From the NCBI GenBank assembly GCA_038136035.1, contig JAYPYV010000001.1, positions 84,577 to 148,576 on the forward strand: a stretch of DNA of 64,000 bases, written 5' to 3'. The position numbers and the translations under genes are program-made. The notes under the pieces were generated by a model. That model did no database searches and was not told the DNA's origin. It worked only from the letters and a program-made list of their open reading frames with translations. Positions 23,964 to 33,427 of the stretch are shown in pieces. Source of the stretch: Pseudomonadales bacterium. Lineage in GTDB: Bacteria > Pseudomonadota > Gammaproteobacteria > Pseudomonadales > Azotimanducaceae. Position 1 is the first letter of the stretch; every line of letters begins with the position of its first letter.

Positions 23964-24644
23964 AGCGAGGCGAGCGCTAGCCAAAGGCATTGTGTCAACG
24001 ACGCGTTTTATCCACGCGCATCAGGCTTAAAAATCAATTCCCTTCGCGTCTTAGCGTTGGTGTCACCGATTGGGTGGGCGGTTCGATAGAACCTGCGCAA
24101 ATCAGCGGATGACAGTCGAGTGACTTGCGTTCTGCATCATCGTGTGGGTGAGCCAAGCAGCGAGCGCCAACTTCTCGCGCAGTTCAGGGCCGCCGTATAG
24201 AAGTGAGCGCCCCACAGTGAGCGCTCGGCGGCGAGCTCTACATTTTGAAGTGCTGCTGGGGTATCAGCGTTCACCCCCGGCGCGCTGCGTGAAGCGGATG
24301 AGCAACGTTTGGACACACCTTCACACGATGAGCATCCTGCGCTCGGGTGGCGATAATGATCTTGGCGTTAGCTGGATAAAAAGCGTCGTTCCTGGGCCGT
24401 TGATGCGATTTCATCGCGGTTTCTGGGTACTTAAGCATCCTCGCTGATGGAGGCCAATAAAGCGCGTAGATTCAATGATCTGGGCGTGCAATCGGGTAGT
24501 AAAACAGCCATAATACGCGCCGCCGCGGGCACCGTGCTTTCTCACATCTTCGAAAGGACGAGGTCTCGGTGTGACGTATTAGGCGTCTTTTGTTGAATAT
24601 GACCATGTGGTTGGTCGGACCATAGTTACTCTGGAGCACTATCC

Positions 24645-25823
24645 ATGACACAAGGAAACAGCCAAGAAGCCCGGTTGAATTGGGCCTTGCGAACATTCCA
24701 GTGGGTGTTAGCAAGCGTCTTCTTGCTTAGTAGTTACCATGCGCAGGCAGATTGGTCAGCGCTGAACATGACCAAAGGGGTTACCGAAATCAGCGAGAAG
24801 GTGTACGACCTGCATATGCTGATTTTCGCGATCTGCGTTCTCATTGGGATCGTGGTCTTTGGCATCATGATCATTTCGATGTTAGTGCACAGAAAATCCC
24901 TAGGTGCAGTGCCTGCAAAGTTTTCACACAGCACCAAGCTCGAATATCTTTGGACGGTCATTCCTATTTTGATTTTGCTCGGCATGGCTGTGCCAGCAAC
25001 CAGCACGTTAAGAGATATGTACGACGCTTCCGAAGCGGATCTCGATATCGAAGTGCGCGGGTATCAGTGGAAGTGGCAGTACACCTATCTAAACGATGAT
25101 CCTGCAAAAGAAATTAAGTTCATGAGTGCGCTTGCGACCTCGCAGGATGAAATCTATAACCGCGCCAACAAGCGTGAACACTATCTGTCGGACGTGGATA
25201 ACCCGATGGTCATCCCCATCAACAAGCGGGTCCGTTTTTTGATCACCTCCAATGATGTGATCCATTCTTGGTGGGTCCCGGACTTTGCGGTGAAGAAGGA
25301 TGCCATTCCGGGCTTCATCCATGAGTCCTGGGCGGTCGTTAAAGAACCCGGCGTTTATCGAGGCAAATGCACCGAACTGTGTGGCAAGGATCATGGCTTT
25401 ATGCCAATTGTGGTTCAAGCGGTAGAGCAGGACGAGTACGATGCCTGGGTCGCTATGAAGCAGGATGAAGCGCGTCAAGTCTATGAGACGGTCGGCAAGA
25501 CTTGGACCATGGCCGAGCTCATGGAAACCGGTGAAAAGGTCTATCAACAAAATTGTTTGACCTGTCACCAAGCCAATGGCCAAGGGATTCCACCCGCATT
25601 CCCGTCACTCGTGGGGCAAGGGCTATCCATAGGGCCCATTGGAGAACACATCGATATTGTCATTAACGGTAAGGCAGGCACGGCAATGCAAGCCTTCGCA
25701 GCGCAGCTGAACCCAGCTGAGATCGCTGCGGTCGTAACCTACGAGCGAAACGCTTGGGGCAATAACGTGGGCGACATGGCGCAGCCCAGGGAAGTGAATG
25801 CGCTGATTGCCGGTCAAGAGTAG
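24645..25823 (+). CDS. coxB: Cytochrome c oxidase subunit II with fused C-terminal cytochrome c domain
   Basis: CuA site HSWWVPDF...CTELCGKDHGFM and a C-terminal CLTCHQ haem-c motif. It has two N-terminal TM helices. Confidence 0.96.
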   Translation: MTQGNSQEARLNWALRTFQWVLASVFLLSSYHAQADWSALNMTKGVTEISEKVYDLHMLIFAICVLIGIVVFGIMIISMLVHRKSLGAVPAKFSHSTKLEYLWTVIPILILLGMAVPATSTLRDMYDASEADLDIEVRGYQWKWQYTYLNDDPAKEIKFMSALATSQDEIYNRANKREHYLSDVDNPMVIPINKRVRFLITSNDVIHSWWVPDFAVKKDAIPGFIHESWAVVKEPGVYRGKCTELCGKDHGFMPIVVQAVEQDEYDAWVAMKQDEARQVYETVGKTWTMAELMETGEKVYQQNCLTCHQANGQGIPPAFPSLVGQGLSIGPIGEHIDIVINGKAGTAMQAFAAQLNPAEIAAVVTYERNAWGNNVGDMAQPREVNALIAGQE

Positions 25824-25832
25824 GAGTAAGAG

Positions 25833-27428
25833 ATGAGTGCAGTAATCGAGAATCACCACGACGATCATCACCATGGCCCCGATAAAGGCATCATGCGTTG
25901 GGTGCTGACGACGAACCATAAGGACATTGGTTCGCTCTACTTGTGGTTTAGTTTTGCAATGTTTTTGGTGGGCGGTTGTATGGCGCTCGTCATTCGAGCG
26001 GAGCTATTCCAACCCGGCTTGCAATTGGTCGCACCTGAATTTTTCAACCAGATGACCACGATGCACGGCCTGATTATGGTGTTCGGCGCTGTCATGCCGG
26101 CATTTGTCGGGTTAGCCAATTGGCTTGTGCCCATGATGATTGGCGCGCCGGACATGGCTTTGCCTCGCATGAATAACTACAGCTTTTGGATTTTGCCGTT
26201 TGCTTTCGGCCTGCTGATCAGCACGCTCTTTATGGAAGGTGGTGCACCTAACTTCGGGTGGACCTTCTATGCGCCACTGTCAACTGAGTATGCACCTCCA
26301 TCGGTCACGTTTTTCATTTTTGCGGTTCACTTGATGGGTGTCTCTTCCATCATGGGTTCCATTAACGTCATCGTCACGATTCTGAACATGCGTGCACCCG
26401 GGATGCGGTTGATGGACATGCCGCTCTTTGTCTGGACCTGGCTCATCACGGCGTATCTATTGATCGCGGTCATGCCGGTACTGGCGGGCGTGGTGACCAT
26501 GATGCTGATGGATATCCATTTTGGCACGGCATTCTTTAGTGCGGCCGGCGGTGGTGACCCAGTCCTCTTTCAGCACGTGTTTTGGTTCTTCGGGCACCCT
26601 GAGGTCTACATTATGATCCTGCCCGCGTTTGGTGTGGTGTCTGCGATCATTCCGACCTTTGCGCGTAAGAAGCTCTTTGGTTATGACTCGATGGTTTACG
26701 CGACGGCATCGATTGCGTTCCTTTCGTTCATCGTTTGGGCGCATCACATGTTTACAGTGGGTATGCCGATTGCGGGCGAGCTCTATTTTATGTACGCCAC
26801 GATGTTGATCGCAGTGCCGACCGGCGTGAAGGTGTTCAACTGGGTTGCAACCATGTGGAAAGGGTCGATGACCTTTGAAACGCCGATGCTCTTTGCCATC
26901 GCGTTCGTCATCCTGTTCACGATCGGTGGGTTCTCAGGGTTGATGTTGTCGATTGTTCCCGCCGACTTCCAGTATCACGATACCTATTTCGTGGTCGCTC
27001 ACTTTCATTATGTCCTGGTACCTGGGTCGATCTTTTCGATCATGGCGGCAGCCTATTATTGGCTGCCCAAGTGGACGGGTAATATGTATGACGAGACTCT
27101 CGGGAAAACCCATTTCTGGCTCTCGTTTGTCGGTGTGAACGTGACCTTTTTCCCTCAGCACTTCATTGGTCTCGCCGGCATGCCGCGTCGCTATCCGGAC
27201 TATGCGTTGCAGTTTGCCGACTGGAATATGGTTTCCAGTGTGGGCGCCTACATCTTCGGTTTCAGCCAGTTGCTGTTCCTATTCATCGTGATTAAGACGA
27301 TTCGAGGCGGAAAGAAAGCGACGGACGAAGTATGGGATGGAGCTGAAGGGTTGGAGTGGACGGTCCCTTCTCCAGCGCCTTACCACACCTTCTCTACGCC
27401 GCCTGAGCTTCCGGCGAGAGCCCACTAA
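25833..27428 (+). CDS. coxA: Cytochrome c oxidase subunit I (A-type)
   Basis: A 531 aa, 12-TM haem-copper oxidase with WFFGHPEVYI, the VWAHHMF CuB ligands and HFHYV. Confidence 0.98.
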   Translation: MSAVIENHHDDHHHGPDKGIMRWVLTTNHKDIGSLYLWFSFAMFLVGGCMALVIRAELFQPGLQLVAPEFFNQMTTMHGLIMVFGAVMPAFVGLANWLVPMMIGAPDMALPRMNNYSFWILPFAFGLLISTLFMEGGAPNFGWTFYAPLSTEYAPPSVTFFIFAVHLMGVSSIMGSINVIVTILNMRAPGMRLMDMPLFVWTWLITAYLLIAVMPVLAGVVTMMLMDIHFGTAFFSAAGGGDPVLFQHVFWFFGHPEVYIMILPAFGVVSAIIPTFARKKLFGYDSMVYATASIAFLSFIVWAHHMFTVGMPIAGELYFMYATMLIAVPTGVKVFNWVATMWKGSMTFETPMLFAIAFVILFTIGGFSGLMLSIVPADFQYHDTYFVVAHFHYVLVPGSIFSIMAAAYYWLPKWTGNMYDETLGKTHFWLSFVGVNVTFFPQHFIGLAGMPRRYPDYALQFADWNMVSSVGAYIFGFSQLLFLFIVIKTIRGGKKATDEVWDGAEGLEWTVPSPAPYHTFSTPPELPARAH

Positions 27429-27437
27429 GGCTAAGCG

Positions 27438-28004
27438 TTGAGGAAATTATCGGTGTCAGTCAATACGACAACAAAATTCGCCACTGCAAAGCTCTTCGGC
27501 ATTGCTGTGGCGATGTTTGCTTTTGGTTTTGCGCTGGTCCCTTTGTATGAAATCTACTGCGACGTGACGGGCGCTAACGGCAAGACCGGTGACCAATATG
27601 AGGCACCAGCTAATCTCGCAATTGATGAAAGTCGAGAAGTCACTGTGCAATTCTTAGCCAATAACAACGCGAACATGCCATGGCAATTTCGACCCTCGGT
27701 TCGCTCTATGAAAGTGGTGCCAGGGAAGATGTACGAAACCACGTTTTTTGCCGGTAATATCACCAGCGAATCGATGGTGGCTCAAGCGGTTCCAAGCGTT
27801 GCGCCTTTCCATGCAGCCGAATACTTTCACAAGACCGAATGTTTTTGCTTTGAGCAGCAAGAGTTGGCAGGCGGCGATCAACTAGATATGCCGTTACGAT
27901 TCATTGTCGACCCAGAGATGCCCGAGTCAGTGAAAACACTCACGCTGTCTTATACCTTGTTTGATGTAACTGAAGCAGTTCGCGCTGGCGCGGCCGCTGA
28001 ATAA
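27438..28004 (+). CDS. ctaG: Cytochrome c oxidase assembly protein CtaG/Cox11
   Basis: Cox11 family with a single TM, a YEIYCDVTG-type segment and the CFCF copper motif (ECFCFEQQ). The true start may be the GTG at 27453, which has SD GAGGAA. Confidence 0.9.
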   Translation: MRKLSVSVNTTTKFATAKLFGIAVAMFAFGFALVPLYEIYCDVTGANGKTGDQYEAPANLAIDESREVTVQFLANNNANMPWQFRPSVRSMKVVPGKMYETTFFAGNITSESMVAQAVPSVAPFHAAEYFHKTECFCFEQQELAGGDQLDMPLRFIVDPEMPESVKTLTLSYTLFDVTEAVRAGAAAE

Positions 28005-28027
28005 GCTTAGATAAAGAGAGAACCCGT

Positions 28028-28930
28028 ATGTCCTCCGACAACACTTACGAAACGTATTACGTCCCTCACAACAGCCCACTGCCAATCTTCGCGTCCTTGG
28101 GCATCTTCCTCACCGTGTTCGGTGCTGGGAACATGATGAATGAAATGTCTTCAGGATCAGCCAGCAGTTTCGGTGAAATTGTCTTCACCATGGGCGGGTT
28201 GGTCATGGCGACCACACTGTTTTTCTGGTTCTCAAAAGTAATCCAAGAGAATCACGCGAAGATGTACAGCCAGCAAATGGACAAATCCTTCGTCTGGGGT
28301 ATGAGCTGGTTTATTTTCTCTGAAGTGATGTTTTTTGCGGCATTCTTTGGTGCGCTTTTCTATGTTCGTTTCTGGGTTGTGGACTGGATTGGCGGTGTCG
28401 GTGAGCGCGGCCCGAGCGACATGCTTTGGCCTGATTATCAACCGCAGTGGCCGATGTTGGCGAATCCCGATAACGTGAAGTTCGCACCCCCTGAAGGGGT
28501 CATTGGTTGGTACGGGCTGCCATTGATCAACACGGTGTTGCTATTAGCTTCCAGTGTTACCGTGACGTTTGCACACCACGCCATTAACAACGGTGAACGT
28601 GCGAAGATCATCAATTGGTTGATCGTCACCGTGCTCCTCGGTGTTGCATTCCTGGCTTGCCAAGCGTTCGAATACTATGAGGCCTACGCCCACTATGGTT
28701 TGACGCTCGATTCAGGCATTTTCGGTACGACCTTCTTCATGCTGACAGGGTTCCATGGGGCGCATGTGACCATTGGAACGATTATGCTGCTCGTGATGCT
28801 TGGGCGAGCGATCAAAGGCCACTTTACCGCGACTGACTGTTTTGGGTTTGAAGCGGCTGCGTGGTACTGGCACTTCGTTGATGTCGTGTGGGTGCTGCTA
28901 TTTATCTTTGTTTACGTGCTCGGCACCTAA
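28028..28930 (+). CDS. coxC: Cytochrome c oxidase subunit III
   Basis: A 300 aa, 7-TM protein with the conserved FMLTGFHGAHVTIG and AAWYWHFVDVVW motifs. Confidence 0.96.
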   Translation: MSSDNTYETYYVPHNSPLPIFASLGIFLTVFGAGNMMNEMSSGSASSFGEIVFTMGGLVMATTLFFWFSKVIQENHAKMYSQQMDKSFVWGMSWFIFSEVMFFAAFFGALFYVRFWVVDWIGGVGERGPSDMLWPDYQPQWPMLANPDNVKFAPPEGVIGWYGLPLINTVLLLASSVTVTFAHHAINNGERAKIINWLIVTVLLGVAFLACQAFEYYEAYAHYGLTLDSGIFGTTFFMLTGFHGAHVTIGTIMLLVMLGRAIKGHFTATDCFGFEAAAWYWHFVDVVWVLLFIFVYVLGT

Positions 28931-28945
28931 AAGAACCGCATTAGT

Positions 28946-29161
28946 CTAGAGCCAGGGGGCAGACACGCCGAGCTGCCCCGTCGCCATGCCAAACACCACA
29001 GTGCCGATGGTGACTGCGCCAAGGGCTACTCGAATGGTGAGATATTTAGCGGTGCGTGTACCTTCCGACTTCCCCATATCGACCATCATCGCTCGATAAG
29101 CCATCGCAAGCGCGACGATGTTTGCGAGCAACAACAGACAAATAATAATTTTGAGTAGCAT
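28946..29161 (-). CDS. Twin-transmembrane small protein (DUF2909 family)
   Basis: A 71 aa protein with two hydrophobic helices. It is on the opposite strand inside the cox cluster, as in Pseudomonas cox loci (from memory). Confidence 0.65.
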   Translation of the reverse strand: MLLKIIICLLLLANIVALAMAYRAMMVDMGKSEGTRTAKYLTIRVALGAVTIGTVVFGMATGQLGVSAPWL

Positions 29162-29246
29162 ATGAGCATCTCTGAGCGGGCGTGGCCATTATACGCAGAT
29201 GACAGTGATCTGCTCTCTTTGCGCCCGCCGACGTTAGGGACCCTTT

Positions 29247-29984
29247 GTGACTAGGCTTGGCTTAATCATCAACGTGCGTTTAGCCTTGTTTACGCTCGTT
29301 TTTCTGATCGTTTTTGTGCGCTTAGGGTTCTGGCAATTGGACCGAGAACTTGAAAAGCAAGACCAACTGGTATCGCTCGAGAAAAACCAAACGCTTCCGA
29401 TGATGACTCTCGATGAGCTCATGGCTGAGAAGCCGGACAACCTTGCGGGTCGAAGAATCGAGTCAGAAGGGGAGTTTTTAGAAGATCAGGTATTCCTTCG
29501 GGACAACGTGATTTTTGAGGGGCGCGTTGGTTTTGAAGTACTCAGAGTGTTTAGAACGCGCGAAGGGCTTCATGTGCTTACCAACTTTGGCTTCGTCCAA
29601 GGGGGCGCTGACCGCACAAATTTGCCTCGCATCCCCAGTCTAACCCTGTCGCAAACCAATCTTGGGTCTATCTATCAAGGGCCTTGGATGAGCGCAGAGG
29701 GTCGTGAACTTTACTCGGGTTGGCCAAGGGTCACGCCGACGCAAAACCCATCAGAGAACGCAAAGGCGCTCAACATTGAGCTTGCACCCTTTGTCGTCCG
29801 TCTCGACGAGGAACATCCTGATGCGTTACCTCGCTTTTGGCCTCAAACCATGACTCGTCCCGAAAAACATCGTGCCTATGCGGTGCAATGGTTTGCCATG
29901 GCAGTGACACTGATGGTCTTTTTTACCGTATTCACCGTTAGACAGAACCGATCGAAACAGGATGACGCACCTCATGGACGTTGA
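29247..29984 (+). CDS. SURF1 family cytochrome oxidase biogenesis protein
   Basis: N-terminal TM plus the GFWQLDR motif and a C-terminal TM with HRAYAVQWF. GTG start. Confidence 0.88.
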   Translation: MTRLGLIINVRLALFTLVFLIVFVRLGFWQLDRELEKQDQLVSLEKNQTLPMMTLDELMAEKPDNLAGRRIESEGEFLEDQVFLRDNVIFEGRVGFEVLRVFRTREGLHVLTNFGFVQGGADRTNLPRIPSLTLSQTNLGSIYQGPWMSAEGRELYSGWPRVTPTQNPSENAKALNIELAPFVVRLDEEHPDALPRFWPQTMTRPEKHRAYAVQWFAMAVTLMVFFTVFTVRQNRSKQDDAPHGR

Positions 29985-30540
29985 AACGCAAACCAGCTCA
30001 CGAAGAAAGTTGGTCCTCTTGGCAGCGATTGCTTTCGTACCGCTCTTTATTGCCTACGGGCTGTTCTTCTTTGCTCCAAACTGGAAGCCCGAGGGGACAA
30101 AGAACCATGGCCAACTGATTCAGCCCCCACTAGATGCCACTGAGCTCGAAACCCCAAAGCGCCAATGGAGCCTTCTCGTGATGTCCGGGCCCGAATGTGA
30201 CGCCCGGTGTCGCGAGCAACTCTATTTGACGCGACAAATTCATACCGCACTTGGTAAAGACGCTGATCGTCTGGTGCGACGTTGGGTGAGATCAACACCA
30301 GTCAACCCCTCGAACTGGGCCAGCTTGAAAGCCGAGCATCCAGACCTAGAGCCTTGGATCTCAGCGACCTTAGAGCGCACATTGACCGACTATGCATCGG
30401 ACAAGTTTGCTGGGCTGCCCGTGCACGTGTTCTTGGCGGACCCGCTTGGCAATATCATGATGGCGTATCCTGAGTCCGAGGTGGGTAAGCCGCTTTTGGA
30501 AGATCTGCGCTTACTTCTCAAACTCTCTAAGTTGGGCTGA
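29962..30540 (+). CDS. Conserved membrane-anchored hypothetical protein of cox clusters
   Basis: A 192 aa protein with one N-terminal TM helix (LVLLAAIAFVPLFIAYGLFFF) and a CDARC pair. It sits between SURF1 and ctaB. Function is unknown. Confidence 0.55.
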   Translation: MTHLMDVETQTSSRRKLVLLAAIAFVPLFIAYGLFFFAPNWKPEGTKNHGQLIQPPLDATELETPKRQWSLLVMSGPECDARCREQLYLTRQIHTALGKDADRLVRRWVRSTPVNPSNWASLKAEHPDLEPWISATLERTLTDYASDKFAGLPVHVFLADPLGNIMMAYPESEVGKPLLEDLRLLLKLSKLG

Positions 30541-30605
30541 GAGCCCATGAAAATGAGGACATCATCCGGTAGAATGCTCGGCCGATTGTGTCTGCGTGCC
30601 CCGCT

Positions 30606-31508
30606 ATGACTGAAACCACTCCTGCGATGATTGCCCCAAGCTGGCGTGATTATTACGAGATGTGTAAACCCCGCGTGGTGTTGTTGATGCTGCTGTGCAC
30701 GCTGGTAGGCATGTACCTGGCGACGCCTGGTTGGGTTGAGCTTCATTTGATTGCCACCTGCCTGACTGGGGTGGCATTGGTGGCGGGTTCTGCCGCTGCA
30801 CTGAACCATTTGATTGACGCCAAAGTCGATCAGCGAATGGCCCGTACAGAAAACAGGCCTGTTGCTCAAGGGCGCGTGAGTTTTCATCAGGGGTTGGCGT
30901 TTGTAGCGTTGACAGGCCTGGCTGGCGAAGCCGTCCTTTATCTCTTTGTTAATCCCCTCACAGCGTGGCTCAATTTTTTTTCTTGGGTTGGCTACGGATT
31001 GATCTATACGCTCTACTTAAAGCGAGCCACCTCTCAAAATATTGTGATCGGGGGTCTTTTCGGCGCGGCACCGCCGCTCTTTGGTTGGACAGCGGTTACG
31101 AACAGTGTCGACGGCGGCGGGATCCTGCTTGTGTTGATTATTTTTGCTTGGACCCCTCCGCATTTCTGGGCGCTTGCAGTCGACCGCCTCGAGGAATACA
31201 AGAACGTCGATATGCCCATGCTGCCCGTGACCCATGGGGTGCGGTATACGAATTTACACATCTTGCTTTACACAGTCATATTGATTCTGGTGTCGGTGCT
31301 GCCCTATCTGACCGGTATGAGTAATCTTCTGTATCTCCTCTCCGCGCTCGGTCTTGGCGCAGGATTTCTCTACTGGGCCATTGCCATGATGAGAGGGGTC
31401 AATCCTAAAGCACCCATAGAAACCTTCCGTTATTCAATTCTTTATCTTGCGCTGCTCTTTGCGGCCTTATTGGTCGATCACTACGTTATGCCGGTGGGTT
31501 ATGCCTAG
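30606..31508 (+). CDS. ctaB: Protohaem IX farnesyltransferase (haem O synthase)
   Basis: UbiA-family motifs (NHLIDAKVDQRMARTENRP, YTLYLKR, WTPPHFWALA). ATG at 30606 is preferred over GTG at 30588. Confidence 0.94.
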   Translation: MTETTPAMIAPSWRDYYEMCKPRVVLLMLLCTLVGMYLATPGWVELHLIATCLTGVALVAGSAAALNHLIDAKVDQRMARTENRPVAQGRVSFHQGLAFVALTGLAGEAVLYLFVNPLTAWLNFFSWVGYGLIYTLYLKRATSQNIVIGGLFGAAPPLFGWTAVTNSVDGGGILLVLIIFAWTPPHFWALAVDRLEEYKNVDMPMLPVTHGVRYTNLHILLYTVILILVSVLPYLTGMSNLLYLLSALGLGAGFLYWAIAMMRGVNPKAPIETFRYSILYLALLFAALLVDHYVMPVGYA

Positions 31509-32130
31509 CGAAGCGCAACAACAAGGGATTCACAGAACGCTGATTTGGATCTTTGCTTTTATCGCGATGGTGTTGGGCCTTGTTTTCTCGACTTACATGC
31601 ATCGAGACCGAACGCTATCTGTTGAAGAAGCCGCATCGCTTGGGTATATCCAGTTCGAAAGGCCGAGAGAGGTCAAAGGCCTGCAGATGATGAACCAAGA
31701 CGGCGGTGTCGTTGATGAGTCGGCATTTAAAGGTCGATGGACATGGGTTTACTTTGGTTTTACTTATTGTCCAGATATATGCCCGACCACGTTGGCGATG
31801 CTTGCCAAGGCATTGGAAGGTCTTGATGAGCCGCCTGACGTGGTGCTGGTATCAGTGGATCCGGAGCGCGATTCGCCAGAGCAACTCAAGCGATATCTCT
31901 CAGCGTTCAGTCCTTCTTTCAAAGGCATGGTGGGTTCGCATGCCCAAACGGTGACTTTCGCAACGCAAGTCAACGTGGCGTTCGGTAAAATTCCTGGCAG
32001 CGAGCCCGGCACGTATACGATGGACCACACGGGGTCGATTGTGGTGATGAACCCCGCAGGCGAATACGCTGGATTTATCAAAGCCCCTCATAACGTTCAG
32101 GGCCTAGCCACCCTCGCCAGTCGTTTGTAG
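31501..32130 (+). CDS. SCO1/SenC copper chaperone (thioredoxin fold)
   Basis: N-terminal TM, CPDICP (CxxxC) copper motif and conserved DH (YTMDHTG). ATG at 31501 overlaps the ctaB stop by 8 nt. Confidence 0.9.
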   Translation: MPSEAQQQGIHRTLIWIFAFIAMVLGLVFSTYMHRDRTLSVEEAASLGYIQFERPREVKGLQMMNQDGGVVDESAFKGRWTWVYFGFTYCPDICPTTLAMLAKALEGLDEPPDVVLVSVDPERDSPEQLKRYLSAFSPSFKGMVGSHAQTVTFATQVNVAFGKIPGSEPGTYTMDHTGSIVVMNPAGEYAGFIKAPHNVQGLATLASRL

Positions 32131-32167
32131 CCCAGGGTTCAAAGCTTAATCATAGGCTTAAAGACGG

Positions 32168-33109
32168 CTAGTAGCTCGGGGGGTTATCGACAAGAGCACG
32201 TAGATGACGCTCATATTCTCTTGGATCTTTTCGATAATGCCCATTGCCATTCTGGGTTGTCAGGCGAGAACAGCATAGCCTTGCGGCACCTATGAATTGC
32301 GCGATAGGTAGGGCTTTACGCTCCTCCTCTTCTAAGTGGCGAACCTCTTCATAGCCAGAAACCATGGCGTGGCGGAGGGCTGAGCGCTCGCTCTCATCGA
32401 CGCTGACGTAACACCAGTCATTGATTGCAATGGCCAAATCCATAATCAAGTAATCTTCGCCCGCATGAAAATAATCTAGCAGCCCGGTGAGCTCGTCTGC
32501 CTCGCTAAACAGGACGTTGTCCCTAAATGCATCGCCGTGGGTCAGGCCTATGGGTAACCCGTGTGCCTGGATGAGTTCGCACTGGGTGACGGCTTCATAG
32601 AGCAAAGACAGAGTGTCTCCCGACAGCGCCCGTCGATGAGTTTCGATGGTTTTTGAAAGCCATCCCAAATCATACGGTTGGGACAGTGGAGAAGAAAAAG
32701 CGCTGGCAATTTGGTGAAACTGAGCAAGCACTGACCCTAGAAGATGGCAGTGCTGGGCTTTGGGCGTTTGAACGTGATGGCCCTGGATTTTCGTGCTGAG
32801 CATGACGGGACGAAGGTCGCCCGTGAGTAGTCGGTTACCGTTGCGGCTCATGACCACCTCGGGGACTGGGAATCCATAGAAGCGAAGGTGCGTCATGAGT
32901 TGACTGATGCCCTGCGCTCTCCGTTCATCCGCGACCTCAACCAATGTCAGGACGTAAGCGGCTTCTTGACCGTATTGCGACAGCAGAACGAAATAATTGG
33001 AATTTTCAATGCCGGTGGTGATGGGTGTGATACTGATGAGCCTGCCACGGTCATACTGTTCGATCAGGGCTTCAATTCGCTCAATGGGCAGATCCGAATA
33101 AACCCCCAT
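32168..33109 (-). CDS. thrB: Homoserine kinase, type II (protein-kinase/APH fold)
   Basis: APH-type catalytic loop LTHGDAFRDNVLF. It has the same thrB-DUF2782-polA neighbourhood as Pseudomonas (from memory). Confidence 0.85.
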   Translation of the reverse strand: MGVYSDLPIERIEALIEQYDRGRLISITPITTGIENSNYFVLLSQYGQEAAYVLTLVEVADERRAQGISQLMTHLRFYGFPVPEVVMSRNGNRLLTGDLRPVMLSTKIQGHHVQTPKAQHCHLLGSVLAQFHQIASAFSSPLSQPYDLGWLSKTIETHRRALSGDTLSLLYEAVTQCELIQAHGLPIGLTHGDAFRDNVLFSEADELTGLLDYFHAGEDYLIMDLAIAINDWCYVSVDESERSALRHAMVSGYEEVRHLEEEERKALPIAQFIGAARLCCSRLTTQNGNGHYRKDPREYERHLRALVDNPPSY

Positions 33110-33112
33110 GGT

Positions 33113-33427
33113 TCACCACTCCATTAAGACCCAATTGGGATAAAGATGCTTAACTTCTGAGAGGTCAGAGAAGTGGGGTGTCCCGTCAGCGGGCACCATG
33201 TAATAGGGCCGACCACGATCGGGGACGACTTTGATCATGATCAAAATGCCGTTCTGCCGGTACTCAAAAATCCGTCCAAAATCAGGCTGTTCAATGATGG
33301 TAATGGTCTCCTCGCCATCATCGACGGACTCAGCAATAAGAGGGGCCTGCACGAGAAATGCAAGATACAGAATAGCGATTGAAACGGTGGTCTGAATCAA
33401 AGTATGGTGCCCGTCATGAGCGCTCAA
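33113..33427 (-). CDS. DUF2782 family secreted protein
   Basis: Hydrophobic signal-like N-terminus and the conserved YRQNG..IKV.P..G.PYY motif. The ORF-track TTG start at 33427 would overlap polA, so the TTG at 33400 is an alternative. Confidence 0.7.
   Translation of the reverse strand: MSAHDGHHTLIQTTVSIAILYLAFLVQAPLIAESVDDGEETITIIEQPDFGRIFEYRQNGILIMIKVVPDRGRPYYMVPADGTPHFSDLSEVKHLYPNWVLMEW

Noticed and set aside
30974-30981. A T8 homopolymer inside ctaB, considered as a potential slippage or phase-variation tract.
   Set aside because: It encodes the in-frame residues N-F-F-S within a conserved membrane segment. The reading frame is intact and nothing suggests variability.
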